In this document: positions 49,117-57,715 of the stretch, piece by piece
Layout of the letters: every line of letters starts with the position of its first letter
Position numbering within the stretch: the stretch's first letter is position 1
Sequence record: NC_129898.1
Length of the DNA stretch: 64,000 nucleotides
Source: a phage
Direction: 5' to 3' (one strand)
Position numbers and translations under genes: made by a program
The notes under the pieces: generated by a model
What the model was told of the DNA's origin: nothing
The model's database searches: none
What the model saw: the letters and a program-made list of their open reading frames with translations, nothing else

Positions 49117-49454
49117 CAGAGATCATCATTTCAACTGCAGGGTATGTATTCCTGACAATCATTGCGCTGATCATCTTGGTGGTGGTGTATGGATTTGTTA
49201 TCCTGCCTATTCTTGAGACATTTAGTTTGTGTCGGTGTTGGAGAAAGGCTTACGGACCACAGCCGTGGAAAGACTGGCCTCATCTGTTACGCATAGCGTT
49301 CTCCTATGCCTATGATCACTCCAGCAGTGCATGCATAACTGGGTACCACGCCCACAATTGGAACTGGGAAGGGTTGGGGAGATGGAATGTTACAAAGACT
49401 ATACCTCTACGCATGTACAAAGGAAAAGGTGGGATTGATGGGAATACCTGTTAA
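49113..49454 (+). CDS. membrane protein
   Basis: 113 aa with N-terminal transmembrane-like segment YVFLTIIALIILVVVYGFVILPIL. Confidence 0.45.
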   Translation: MTEIIISTAGYVFLTIIALIILVVVYGFVILPILETFSLCRCWRKAYGPQPWKDWPHLLRIAFSYAYDHSSSACITGYHAHNWNWEGLGRWNVTKTIPLRMYKGKGGIDGNTC

Positions 49455-50082
49455 AGACAGAAAAGTATGTGGTCGTGGAGTAAACGATTTAAAAGACAAA
49501 GTCCCAATGTACCAATCTGTTAATGGTAAGAGAGTACCAGAACCCCACTATGCTACATGGAAAGCATTATTCCAGAGGTGCTACGGCGATAACTCAAAGT
49601 ACCATACAGGTTGTGAAGTTGTAGAAGATTGGTGGTTGTTCTCAGAATTCTGGAAATGGATGGATACACAAGAGTGGAAAAGAGACGCTAAGAAGTTCAC
49701 TCTTGACAAAGATCTGAAAATCCCTGGAAACAGAATATACTCCCCAGAAACATGCATGTTTGTTCCACCACAAATAAACACCCTATTTGGCATAAGACAG
49801 GCAGCACGAGGGGATTTACCTTTGGGTGTGACACTTAGAAAAGATGTAAACAAGTATCTCGTGCATTGTCATCGAGATGGAAAAATTGTTCATGGCGGTC
49901 ATTTCGATGATCCACAGACAGCACACAAGGTGTGGCAAGAAATGAAACTTGAGGAGATGAAACTTCAGGCTATTAAAAACAAAGATGAGATTTGGCTGTT
50001 CGCCATTAAACGTGCAATAACTATCCTTGAGAATGATTTGAAAAATAATAAGGAGACTATAACATTGGTGAAATTTATTTAA
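49438..50082 (+). CDS. AP2-domain protein, putative HNH-AP2 homing endonuclease
   Basis: ATG 49438; C-terminal GVTLRKDVNKYLVHCHRDGKIVHGGHFDDPQTAHKVW resembles the AP2 DNA-binding domain; N-terminal W..F..RCY...GC.V...W.FSEFWKWM motif. Confidence 0.5.
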   Translation: MGIPVKDRKVCGRGVNDLKDKVPMYQSVNGKRVPEPHYATWKALFQRCYGDNSKYHTGCEVVEDWWLFSEFWKWMDTQEWKRDAKKFTLDKDLKIPGNRIYSPETCMFVPPQINTLFGIRQAARGDLPLGVTLRKDVNKYLVHCHRDGKIVHGGHFDDPQTAHKVWQEMKLEEMKLQAIKNKDEIWLFAIKRAITILENDLKNNKETITLVKFI

Positions 50083-50411
50083 GATATTTATGGTAGTATT
50101 TATTTTAAAATTATAAAAATTTTAGGCGATGAGGGAAAATATGTAATGGATTTTCCCTTATTTATCAGATATTTGCAGATATTTGGAAATCCTTAGAAAA
50201 TCAGAAAATGGATCGAAAACTAAAATGGATTTTTTCAAGACAGGCACGATAAGCTGCGCTGCTCATTCTATCGTTCGCACCGTACTTCAAATCACCATTC
50301 CAGATTTTCCGCACATACTCTCACCCCTCTGCCAGAACTTTCCCAACTTACCTTCAGCCTTTTATGACAATAAGTTAATTATTATCAGTAAGTTTTGATA
50401 CATCTCTCTCA

Positions 50412-50495
50412 GTACTCGATCTGTTTTTCATTTCAAAGATTGGATTTTCTGAAAATTTTTCTCGATAAATTTTTCGGTACTCGATCTGTTTTTCG
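50412..50495. repeat. 18-bp perfect direct repeat pair (gtactcgatctgtttttc) in an AT-rich non-coding block
   Basis: Copies at 50412-50429 and 50478-50495; further short repeats (aaatggatttt, ttttcgttttc) nearby. Confidence 0.85.
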
Positions 50496-50730
50496 TTTTC
50501 TGAATCGGATTTTCTTGAAATTGGTCCAGCACCAGATCTAAAATTTTTGGGAACGAAAGCGATTTTTCGTTTTCAGAAATGGATTTTTAAAATTTCTATA
50601 TGGGAATATTTTATGAGGTATTATTTTATATAGAATTGTCACGGTAGGTAATTAGCATGCTAACTAAATTTATGAAATGCGAAAAGTTCTCATTTAGAAT
50701 TTTGAATGATAATCATTCTCGTTTGCAGAA

Positions 50731-50906
50731 TAACGGGCACCCCCGGTGATTGTCTCCCGGCCCCTACTGCCCCGGCTTGTTATTATAGTATCACACAGGA
50801 CAAAGAAAGCAAGAAGTTTTTGCATAAATTTTTAGACGATAATGATAATCGTTCTCATTTCATGCAGCGCCCATCCCCGGTGGTTGTCTCCCCCGTCACC
50901 GGTGCC
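50731..50906. repeat. two direct copies of a roughly 45-70 bp dyad-containing repeat unit
   Basis: acgggcacccccggtgattgtctcccggcc at 50731 and cccatccccggtggttgtctcccccgtcaccggtgcc at 50870; inverted copy at 59118-59160. Confidence 0.85.
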
Positions 50907-51064
50907 TGCCGTCCTTTCGATATGTATATTGTGCCACCTGGCGGGGCCGCTGTCAACACTTTTCAAAAAAATTCTAACCTGATGCGCTAACCGTTGCAAC
51001 CTGGCGGGGCCAGCCTGGTGGGCCTATGCTATAGGATAGTAACAATTGAAGAGGAGGTACAAAA

Positions 51065-51181
51065 ATGGAAGGTAATATGATCCCCCTGGAAAATGTAGCT
51101 ATTAATGACGCTGAGGCTATCGCCCTGGTTGAAAAGGCTATGGCGGGAGCGTTGGAACATAAAGAAGAGTACGAAAAATGA
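51065..51181 (+). CDS. small hypothetical protein (38 aa)
   Basis: ATG after RBS GAGGAGG; below the track size cut-off. Confidence 0.35.
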   Translation: MEGNMIPLENVAINDAEAIALVEKAMAGALEHKEEYEK

Positions 51182-51243
51182 CGGTTAACCTGGCAGGGGC
51201 GGCGGCTGGGGAATTTTGCCCAAAAAATAATTTTAACTAGTGG

Positions 51244-51272
51244 TTGACAGCTCGGACAGTTTTTGTTATTCT
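51244..51272 (+). promoter_or_regulatory. sigma70-like promoter (TTGACA-17-TATTCT)
   Basis: Consensus -35 with 17-nt spacer. Confidence 0.5.
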
Positions 51273-51325
51273 TATCCTCGCAAGGTGAACAACACCACAC
51301 TAATTAACAGAGAGGATAAAAAATC

Positions 51326-51523
51326 ATGAACGCCTACGGAATCAAAGTACGTCGCAGCACTCGCCAGGTGGTCACCGATCAAATGATTTGCCAGGTGGAT
51401 GTGACCATCAACAACGGGCAAGGCCTTTATAAATTCCGTCGCGGTCAGAGCTATACCCGGCAACAGCTTAATCGTTGCGCCCTGACAAAAGGCCAGATCA
51501 ACCACTGGTTTAATAAAAAATAA
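51326..51523 (+). CDS. hypothetical small basic protein
   Basis: 65 aa after RBS GAGAGGA. Confidence 0.5.
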   Translation: MNAYGIKVRRSTRQVVTDQMICQVDVTINNGQGLYKFRRGQSYTRQQLNRCALTKGQINHWFNKK

Positions 51524-51526
51524 GTA

Positions 51527-51555
51527 TTGACATATAGGCCGACACCAAATACACT
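51527..51555 (+). promoter_or_regulatory. sigma70-like promoter (TTGACA-17-TACACT)
   Basis: Hexamers with 17-nt spacer upstream of the ORF at 51588. Confidence 0.5.
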
Positions 51556-51587
51556 AAAAGCACAAAAGACACTGAGAGGATAAAATC

Positions 51588-51986
51588 ATGAAAACCACCA
51601 CCTTTAATTTTGATAATGCGGACTTTTCTTTTTCTGATGTCAAAAACTGCCGCCGTGATCGTGGATTTTACAAGGCCTATAATCTGGTGGGCCTGGACGA
51701 TGACAATAATTTGCACGAAGTAGCTGAGATCCGGTATTATGCCGCCGCCAGCGGGAACACTTACTACTGCGTTTTTTGGATACACGACAACAAGAACAAT
51801 AAGTACGGCTATACTGGCGGCAAGGCGAGCGGTCACGGTTACGATAAAGCTAACGCAGCACTTGAGAGCGCATTAAATGCTATGGGGATCACTGCCGACG
51901 GCTGGATCTACGAAGAAGAGTTTTTGTCGGCACTTGCTGCCCATCTAGGGTATAAAAAGCACATTGTGACATGTGCCCACGAATAA
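51588..51986 (+). CDS. hypothetical protein
   Basis: 132 aa after RBS GAGAGGA. Confidence 0.55.
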   Translation: MKTTTFNFDNADFSFSDVKNCRRDRGFYKAYNLVGLDDDNNLHEVAEIRYYAAASGNTYYCVFWIHDNKNNKYGYTGGKASGHGYDKANAALESALNAMGITADGWIYEEEFLSALAAHLGYKKHIVTCAHE

Positions 51987-51991
51987 AAATC

Positions 51992-52048
51992 ATTGACACG
52001 CTGCAAAATTCAAGTAAACTAGACACAAAAGGCGGGAATGTTTCCCGC
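51992..52048 (+). promoter_or_regulatory. promoter plus 5'UTR stem-loop cassette (TTGACA ... ggcggg-aatgtt-tcccgcc)
   Basis: -35 TTGACA at 51992, -10-like aaacta, perfect stem-loop at 52030-52048, then aacacaaa and RBS. Confidence 0.5.
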
Positions 52049-52068
52049 CAACACAAAGGAAAAAGATC

Positions 52069-52473
52069 ATGAATAAGAACGTACGCCGCATCATGAACGA
52101 GTTGGCAAACGATGAAAAAATTATTGACATGCATTTGATCAACATTTGCCGCCGTTGTGTAACATATAACAACCGCGCCGCAAAAGCGCGTGAGATGAAC
52201 GCAAAAGGCACCTTAAAGCCATTCCAGGTGGTGGTAAAGGCCATTAAAAATGTAACTAATACGGCAAACCAGGTACAGGGGAACACCAACGAGAGTACCA
52301 ATATTGATCCGGCTTACATCATGAAACGGATCCGGACCTATAAGAACAAAGAGCAAGTGTATAATGTTATAGACTGGTTGGATTCTATGGGCGACGTGGT
52401 GTACAATAGATTCTCGGCAGCTATTGAGATCCAGCTTGACAGGTTGGACGGTAAAGTACTGAAAACTTATTAA
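52069..52473 (+). CDS. hypothetical protein
   Basis: 134-aa ORF. Confidence 0.55.
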   Translation: MNKNVRRIMNELANDEKIIDMHLINICRRCVTYNNRAAKAREMNAKGTLKPFQVVVKAIKNVTNTANQVQGNTNESTNIDPAYIMKRIRTYKNKEQVYNVIDWLDSMGDVVYNRFSAAIEIQLDRLDGKVLKTY

Positions 52474-52484
52474 GTTTATTTTTA

Positions 52485-52508
52485 GATGGCCTTGACTCTA
52501 GGGCCATC
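52485..52508 (+). repeat. conserved hairpin element gatggccttgactctagggccatc (copy 1 of 4)
   Basis: 7-bp stem with TTGACT in the loop; preceded by tttatttttag and followed by aataaagtaaac; copies at 53107, 53437 (variant), 56829. Confidence 0.8.
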
Positions 52509-52553
52509 AATAAAGTAAACTAGTCTCAACTAAGCGAAAAAGGGGGCTTTAAG

Positions 52554-52673
52554 ATGAGCACTACACGCCAATACACAAAGGTAACTATTATCGTTTGCGT
52601 TGTCGGTTACATCCTGGCGCAAATGTTAATGAGTAGCGCCAACAGTTTTGCAAAATTTTTCTTAAATTTTTAA
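52554..52673 (+). CDS. small hydrophobic peptide (39 aa)
   Basis: ATG after RBS AAGGGGG; central hydrophobic segment. Confidence 0.4.
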   Translation: MSTTRQYTKVTIIVCVVGYILAQMLMSSANSFAKFFLNF

Positions 52674-52730
52674 TTGACAAGTAAATCTCAATAAGTATAC
52701 TTAAACACGTAAACGGGAAAACTTCCCAGA
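52674..52730 (+). promoter_or_regulatory. promoter plus stem-loop cassette, copy A (TTGACA-16-TATACT, degenerate stem-loop)
   Basis: Nearly identical over about 55 nt to the cassette at 54512-54568. Confidence 0.55.
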
Positions 52731-52752
52731 ACACACAAAAGGAGAAAACACC

Positions 52753-53094
52753 ATGACTACTATGACCGCCGCAGAAAAAGCTATGCAGATCGCCGCGCTG
52801 AAAAAACAGATCGCAGACCTTGAGAACAAGATCGATAACTTTGAAATCGACGAGGACAAGTACGACGAAAACTATAATGAATGGCTAGACGAGATCCACG
52901 GCGAAATTATGATCGGTAACATTTCTTTTCTTCCGTCGCGTATCCTCAAAGAGTTAGATCCTATTGCTTACCGCTGCGGATTTAGCGATTACATCGATAG
53001 CCTGGATATTGAGGACGATGAAGAGTACCAAGAATTGCAGATAGAGCTGGGAGAAGTGAAAGAGGAGCTTTCAAAGCTGGAAGAGAACGAGTAA
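52753..53094 (+). CDS. hypothetical acidic protein
   Basis: 113 aa after RBS AAGGAGA. Confidence 0.55.
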   Translation: MTTMTAAEKAMQIAALKKQIADLENKIDNFEIDEDKYDENYNEWLDEIHGEIMIGNISFLPSRILKELDPIAYRCGFSDYIDSLDIEDDEEYQELQIELGEVKEELSKLEENE

Positions 53095-53106
53095 AATTTA
53101 TTTTTA

Positions 53107-53130
53107 GATGGCCTTGACTCCAGGGCCATC
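53107..53130 (+). repeat. conserved hairpin element (copy 2)
   Basis: gatggccttgactccagggccatc with the same flanks. Confidence 0.8.
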
Positions 53131-53181
53131 AATAAAGTAAACTTTACACTGTTAACACTGAACTAATGAGGAGTTAAAACT

Positions 53182-53427
53182 ATGGCAGCACTAATCACCA
53201 AATATTATGCGCCTACCAACACAAAAAGCGCCCGTATCATGGTAAAAGGCTTCGGACGTAAAAAGGTTTACGCCTGGGACTATTCCCTAGATATGGAAGA
53301 CAATTATACCAACGTAATGACCGATTTTATTAATGATCTGAATAAACAGATCTTAACCGACTACAAAGTGACCGATATTGCTTACATAGGTGAAGGCGGG
53401 ATCTGTTTTGTAGGCATTGTGAAATAG
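53182..53427 (+). CDS. hypothetical protein
   Basis: 81 aa after RBS GAGGAG. Confidence 0.5.
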   Translation: MAALITKYYAPTNTKSARIMVKGFGRKKVYAWDYSLDMEDNYTNVMTDFINDLNKQILTDYKVTDIAYIGEGGICFVGIVK

Positions 53428-53436
53428 TTATTTTTC

Positions 53437-53460
53437 GGTGGTCCTGGTTGCAGGGCCATC
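53437..53460 (+). repeat. conserved hairpin element (copy 3, variant)
   Basis: ggtggtcctggttgcagggccatc with a similar 5' flank. Confidence 0.6.
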
Positions 53461-53502
53461 TATAAAGATAATTTATTAACACCATGAAAGGAGAAAGTAC
53501 AC

Positions 53503-53856
53503 ATGATCAGCGGGGCTAGTTTTATTATTGGCGCTATTGCTACGGCTTTAATTGTAAACAAGATCCAGGATAAAAAGGAAAGAGGAAGTACCGCCCTTGC
53601 AGAATATCCATTTTGGACATTTAACGATAACGAAGATTATATTATAAAGTATAAAAATAAAGAAGGCGACCAAGTAACACCGCGACCGATCCCGGCTTAC
53701 AAAATGCAGGAAACACTATACCGCTTGGAGGCGGGGGGCGCAAAAATTGTTGACTTTTGGGGATACGACCACACAGATCAGGAAGTTATAAAGCGCCGTA
53801 TCCGGGCTATTCAGGCCAATATTGAGGTTAACAAGGGGGGAATATATGAAAATTAA
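53503..53856 (+). CDS. hypothetical protein with N-terminal hydrophobic segment
   Basis: 117 aa after RBS AAGGAGA. Confidence 0.5.
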   Translation: MISGASFIIGAIATALIVNKIQDKKERGSTALAEYPFWTFNDNEDYIIKYKNKEGDQVTPRPIPAYKMQETLYRLEAGGAKIVDFWGYDHTDQEVIKRRIRAIQANIEVNKGGIYEN

Positions 53857-54043
53857 TTTCGAGAAAATTGTAAAGCGCCCTCATGATTCCGAAGAGTTGC
53901 CAGAACGCCGACAGCGCAACAATAAACTGAATAAGCCAAAAAGGTTTGGGAAGATCTGGCGGAATCATTATGATCGTAAATTGCCCGGCCTACTTTTGGA
54001 ACGTGAACGACAGGCAGAACGATACCGCCATAAAGACAAATAA
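53846..54043 (+). CDS. small basic protein
   Basis: ATG 53846 after RBS AAGGGGGG (track begins at 53822). Confidence 0.45.
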   Translation: MKINFEKIVKRPHDSEELPERRQRNNKLNKPKRFGKIWRNHYDRKLPGLLLERERQAERYRHKDK

Positions 54044-54049
54044 CAACCA

Positions 54050-54080
54050 ACGCCCCGCCATTGTGCGGGGCTTTTTATTT
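54050..54080 (+). terminator. rho-independent terminator
   Basis: Hairpin ccccgc-cattgt-gcgggg followed by ctttttattt. Confidence 0.65.
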
Positions 54081-54201
54081 CTATCCTACGAATAGCGCCC
54101 CTGGTTGGCCCTGTAAGCGCCAAAAAGGCCCCCACCTATGCAATCGCCCCCTTTAACCTGAAAACATCGCTCAGGGCCGTTTTATAGCGTTAAAAATATC
54201 A

Positions 54202-54229
54202 TTGACATCGTCAACAGGTTAGCTATACT
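54202..54229 (+). promoter_or_regulatory. sigma70-like promoter (TTGACA-16-TATACT)
   Basis: Upstream of RBS AAAGGAG and the ORF at 54262. Confidence 0.5.
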
Positions 54230-54261
54230 AACCACATCAAAGAGAGAAAGGAGTAAACGCC

Positions 54262-54522
54262 ATGCGTAAATTAAAAAATTTTGATAAAGTTGATGTTATC
54301 CTGAATAATTTTTACTACTGCAACAACAAGGCTATTTGGTGGCGGGATAGTTCCACCGATAAAGTCAAGGCGCGCTTTCTTCAGGGGCACTGGCAAGGCC
54401 GCCCAGTGATTAAAATCATGGGGCAATTGGTAGCGTTTAAAAATTGCCGCCGTGTTGATGACGTTGAGGAGATTTTAAACATTTTGCGCCACAATAATTT
54501 AAAAAATAGTGTTGACAAGTAA
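54262..54522 (+). CDS. hypothetical protein
   Basis: 86-aa ORF. Confidence 0.5.
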   Translation: MRKLKNFDKVDVILNNFYYCNNKAIWWRDSSTDKVKARFLQGHWQGRPVIKIMGQLVAFKNCRRVDDVEEILNILRHNNLKNSVDK

Positions 54523-54568
54523 ATCTCAATAAGTATAATTAAACACACAGGCGGGAAAACTTCCCGCC
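54512..54568 (+). promoter_or_regulatory. promoter plus stem-loop cassette, copy B (TTGACA-16-TATAAT, ggcggg-aaaact-tcccgcc)
   Basis: Consensus promoter then perfect stem-loop at 54550-54568; duplicate of the cassette at 52674. Confidence 0.6.
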
Positions 54569-54596
54569 ACTAACAAAGAAAACAGGAGAAAATATC

Positions 54597-55220
54597 ATGA
54601 CCACCGTTAACATTACCACAGGTTACAATTTATCTTTCGACGTGCTGACCGACGAACAAAAAGAAAAAGCCATTGAAATGGTCCGCGAAAGAGAAGAACG
54701 CAGCGGGGATGATTTTTTCGCAGAAAATGTAATTGATTACTACAAAGAATATATCTTTCCAGAGTACGGCCTTGAGGATACCGAAGTACATTGGTCCGGC
54801 TTTTGGTGTCAAGGCGATGGCGCATCGATTAGTGCTGAAAATGTAGACTTAGAAAAATTCTTGCGTAAAGTCAAGGCCCTGACCAAGTTCAGATCAATTC
54901 GTCACTTGTTCGGCACAATGCACGATGGCGAACTATCCGCCAGTGTTGAACGCGACAAGTACAGCCATTACAGCCATGAAAACACTGTAAGCGGGTACAT
55001 TGATACCACTTGGATAGATCTGACCGCCAAACAAGAAAACAAAGTGGAAGATCTGGAAGAATTGATCACCGAGACGGTACGGGAGCTATCCCGCAAGGTT
55101 TACGTAGACCTTGAGGAGGCCTATCTAGAACAGTTCACCGCAGAAAACCTGATCGGCCTTATTCAGGCCAATGATTGGCGGTTTGATGTCGATGAATATG
55201 GTGAGATGACTTTTTCATAA
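54597..55220 (+). CDS. hypothetical protein
   Basis: 207 aa after RBS AGGAGA. Confidence 0.55.
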   Translation: MTTVNITTGYNLSFDVLTDEQKEKAIEMVREREERSGDDFFAENVIDYYKEYIFPEYGLEDTEVHWSGFWCQGDGASISAENVDLEKFLRKVKALTKFRSIRHLFGTMHDGELSASVERDKYSHYSHENTVSGYIDTTWIDLTAKQENKVEDLEELITETVRELSRKVYVDLEEAYLEQFTAENLIGLIQANDWRFDVDEYGEMTFS

Positions 55221-55228
55221 ATAAAGTG

Positions 55229-55289
55229 TTGCAATAACCTAAAAACCTGCTATATTAAAACTCAAGGCGGGCGAGACGTTTGCCCGCCA
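55229..55289 (+). promoter_or_regulatory. promoter plus stem-loop cassette (TTGCAA-16-TATATT, ggcgggcgagacgtttgcccgcc)
   Basis: Stem-loop at 55267-55289 followed by aacacaaa and RBS AGAGGA. Confidence 0.5.
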
Positions 55290-55313
55290 ACACAAAACAA
55301 AGAGGATAACATC

Positions 55314-55694
55314 ATGAAAAATACTACCAAGGCTATTGACACCGTTATGTTTAACCTGGTTACATTCCGTGAAGATATGAAAGATCTTCCGCGTGAAACA
55401 GTGTGCGACCATATCGAAAACTATCGCAAACTAATCAAAGAGTTGCCTTTAAAACGTGATCAATATGCGGCTAACGCCATGCTTAATGCCATGATCAAAA
55501 AGATGATCCAGTGTGATTTAACCCTGGCCTATGATTATGCAGGCGGTCGTTTTGCAGTATACAATCAGCCCGTGCCCGGTATGAGTACCACCGAAGAATT
55601 GCACGCGCTCAATCTAAAACAGGACGTGTGGGATAGTATGCCTCGCGTGGTGGTATGGGTAGAAAGCGGAAAGATTTACGGCGATAATTTTTAA
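55314..55694 (+). CDS. hypothetical protein
   Basis: 126-aa ORF. Confidence 0.55.
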   Translation: MKNTTKAIDTVMFNLVTFREDMKDLPRETVCDHIENYRKLIKELPLKRDQYAANAMLNAMIKKMIQCDLTLAYDYAGGRFAVYNQPVPGMSTTEELHALNLKQDVWDSMPRVVVWVESGKIYGDNF

Positions 55695-55758
55695 TCAGGT
55701 AGCAGGCGGCATATTTGCCGCCTTATTGTTGATCAGAACTGCAAAAGAGGTACATAGA

Positions 55759-56130
55759 ATGGAATTTATTATTTTGGCTGTATTGGTTGCCTTATTTAAC
55801 GCCTGGATCGCTGGCAAGATGGGAAGATCCGCCTTTTTATGGTTTATTATATCTATTTTCCTGGGGGTGGTTGCAACTATTGTATTGGTTATCCTTGCAA
55901 TTGTTGACAAGGGGAATAATAGAAAGGGTAAAGTATTTTCAGACCTGTACGACGCTCAAACTTTTGTTAACGCCTATTATAGTGATCTCCCAGTCTCCCT
56001 ACGTTGCAGCCTTGCACAACAGGTTTTCGATGAAGCTAAAACCAGAGACCACGCCCATGAGATTTGTTTAACTGAGGCGGATCGCTTATTTGAGAGGAAT
56101 AGAAAATATGTGGGCCAGCCGTTTAAATAA
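55759..56130 (+). CDS. membrane protein (two predicted TM segments)
   Basis: ATG 55759 after RBS AAGAGG (track begins at 55726); hydrophobic helices. Confidence 0.5.
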   Translation: MEFIILAVLVALFNAWIAGKMGRSAFLWFIISIFLGVVATIVLVILAIVDKGNNRKGKVFSDLYDAQTFVNAYYSDLPVSLRCSLAQQVFDEAKTRDHAHEICLTEADRLFERNRKYVGQPFK

Positions 56131-56329
56131 TACCACGTTAATTAATCCATTTAGTGAAGATTTGAGGCCAGCCGCCTGGCGGGATGGATTCAATAACGAA
56201 AAATTTACTTTTAGGCCTGATCTTGAGGAATTTTATAACAATGGATCGAACAACGACAGAGATAATTTTTCTTGCGGTGTGTGTCGTGATCGGACTACTG
56301 GGAGCCATTGCAAACCACGTAACCGCTAA
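56108..56329 (+). CDS. hypothetical protein (alternative frame 56241-56366 also possible)
   Basis: ATG 56108 after RBS GAGAGGA; overlaps a second plausible small TM ORF in another frame. Confidence 0.3.
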   Translation: MWASRLNNTTLINPFSEDLRPAAWRDGFNNEKFTFRPDLEEFYNNGSNNDRDNFSCGVCRDRTTGSHCKPRNR

Positions 56330-56349
56330 CAGAAGGAAAGGGGGAGACG

Positions 56350-56469
56350 ATGACACCCAAGGATAAGCCCCGCACCGATAAGGCGCGCCGTGTTATGGTA
56401 TGGCTGGAGATCATCGCCCTTGAAATATTGTTAGGCGTAGGGATGTATTTTATCGCCGTACGTACCTGA
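56350..56469 (+). CDS. small membrane peptide (39 aa)
   Basis: ATG after RBS AAGGGGGAG; hydrophobic C-terminal half; terminator follows. Confidence 0.45.
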   Translation: MTPKDKPRTDKARRVMVWLEIIALEILLGVGMYFIAVRT

Positions 56470-56473
56470 TAAC

Positions 56474-56506
56474 GGCCCCCGATCCCTGGGGGCCTGACTT
56501 TTTTCA
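56474..56506 (+). terminator. rho-independent terminator
   Basis: Hairpin ggccccc-gatccct-gggggcc followed by tgacttttttc. Confidence 0.65.
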
Positions 56507-56528
56507 AAAAAATTTTTCTTCCGGGGTG

Positions 56529-56582
56529 TTGCAATCCGGTCCGGGATATGGATAATAACAATCAACGGGGAGACACTCCCCA
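56529..56582 (+). promoter_or_regulatory. promoter plus stem-loop cassette (TTGCAA-16-GATAAT, ggggag-acac-tcccc)
   Basis: Shares the spacer core atatggataataa with the cassette at 57347. Confidence 0.5.
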
Positions 56583-56615
56583 CCACACAGACAAAGTTCC
56601 AAAAGGAGAAACAAA

Positions 56616-56816
56616 ATGAGCAACAATATCCGCGTTATTAATTTCAAAAAAGAAGAAAAAATCGCTGTGCTGGTTGATGGTCAAGAAATATTCAAGGGGT
56701 ATTATGAAGATCATCAGGCGGCGATCAGTATTACCCGCGTAATTGGTTACCATAATTTTTACCCTCAAGGCGCTGAGGCAGCAGTAAAACGAATTAAAGA
56801 GATCGTAGGCCTGTAA
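56616..56816 (+). CDS. hypothetical protein
   Basis: 66 aa after RBS AAGGAGA. Confidence 0.5.
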   Translation: MSNNIRVINFKKEEKIAVLVDGQEIFKGYYEDHQAAISITRVIGYHNFYPQGAEAAVKRIKEIVGL

Positions 56817-56828
56817 AATTTATTTTTA

Positions 56829-56852
56829 GATGGCCTTGACCCCAGGGCCATC
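56829..56852 (+). repeat. conserved hairpin element (copy 4)
   Basis: gatggccttgaccccagggccatc with the same flanks. Confidence 0.8.
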
Positions 56853-56902
56853 AAATAAAGTAAATTTAAACCCTGCTAAAATAATCAGTGCAAAAAGGAG
56901 CA

Positions 56903-57208
56903 ATGATCATGTTTATACCCGCCAATAATCTTTATTTCTTTGATGGTCAGATCGTAGACGGCGTGGAAGTTGAGATCACTGGATGTCAAGGCGGCCAGGT
57001 AATGATCTTCCGCAATAGTGCCTTTAACGATCATTTTATTACAATGACTGTGGAAGTTAAAAAGCTGGATGATAAGAAAACACTCATTGACTATTCCGTG
57101 AAAGATCATCCAGACTACCACATGATCTATGGTGATTTGTGCATTGTTGACCGTGACAAGGTGGGCGGCATTGTGATCGCTATTGTGAACGATGTTTTCT
57201 CTGAATAA
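56903..57208 (+). CDS. hypothetical protein
   Basis: ATG 56903 (or 56909) after RBS AAAGGAG (track begins at 56888). Confidence 0.5.
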   Translation: MIMFIPANNLYFFDGQIVDGVEVEITGCQGGQVMIFRNSAFNDHFITMTVEVKKLDDKKTLIDYSVKDHPDYHMIYGDLCIVDRDKVGGIVIAIVNDVFSE

Positions 57209-57346
57209 TTCCGGCAAATGATGCAAAATAAGGCCCATGGCAGGGCCTGCAGCGATATAATCACACAAAGGCTATGCGGTTGCATGGCCTTTTTTATTTT
57301 AGCGCTACAGCGGCCCCCAAGGCGTTTAAAAAATTTTTAAAAGTAC

Positions 57347-57398
57347 TTGCATCAAGTCCGACAATATGGATAATAAGACTTATCAGGGGGCGGCCCCC
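57347..57398 (+). promoter_or_regulatory. promoter plus stem-loop cassette (TTGCAT-16-GATAAT, gggggcggccccc)
   Basis: Hexamers with 16-nt spacer, stem-loop at 57384-57398, then RBS and ATG 57431. Confidence 0.5.
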
Positions 57399-57430
57399 AA
57401 TCATTAACCGGATAGATAGGAGTTAAAATC

Positions 57431-57715
57431 ATGGCTATTGTTACTGTTGGCGATGTAGTAGAAATGGAAGCAAAATACTTAAAAGCGGGTATGCATATCC
57501 TACGCAACGATCTTGAACTAGTCCTGACAATGGTCGACTATAATCCCGGTCAGGATTATCCAAGCATCGACTACTTTTTCCAGTATGTTGATGAAGAATT
57601 AAAAGAGGATGAGGCTTATCAGGGTGAATTTTGTAATTTCTTTTGCCCTGACGAGATTGTAAAAGTTATCTATCAACCTGGCGTACCTTTCCCGTTGCAC
57701 GCCATCAATAAATAA
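57431..57715 (+). CDS. hypothetical protein
   Basis: 94 aa after RBS TAGGAG. Confidence 0.55.
   Translation: MAIVTVGDVVEMEAKYLKAGMHILRNDLELVLTMVDYNPGQDYPSIDYFFQYVDEELKEDEAYQGEFCNFFCPDEIVKVIYQPGVPFPLHAINK

Noticed and set aside
50183-51300. ORF-track entries 50183-50398, 50706-50990 and 50974-51300 (minus)
   Set aside because: They lie in the repeat-rich non-coding block, overlap the dyad repeats, lack an RBS and have biased low-complexity translations.
56184-56366. Alternative-frame 60-aa ORF overlapping the 56108-56329 call
   Set aside because: Not clearly rejected: an internal ATG at 56241 with RBS GAGGA would give a 41-aa TM peptide. Only one of the two overlapping frames is likely real and the sequence alone does not decide.
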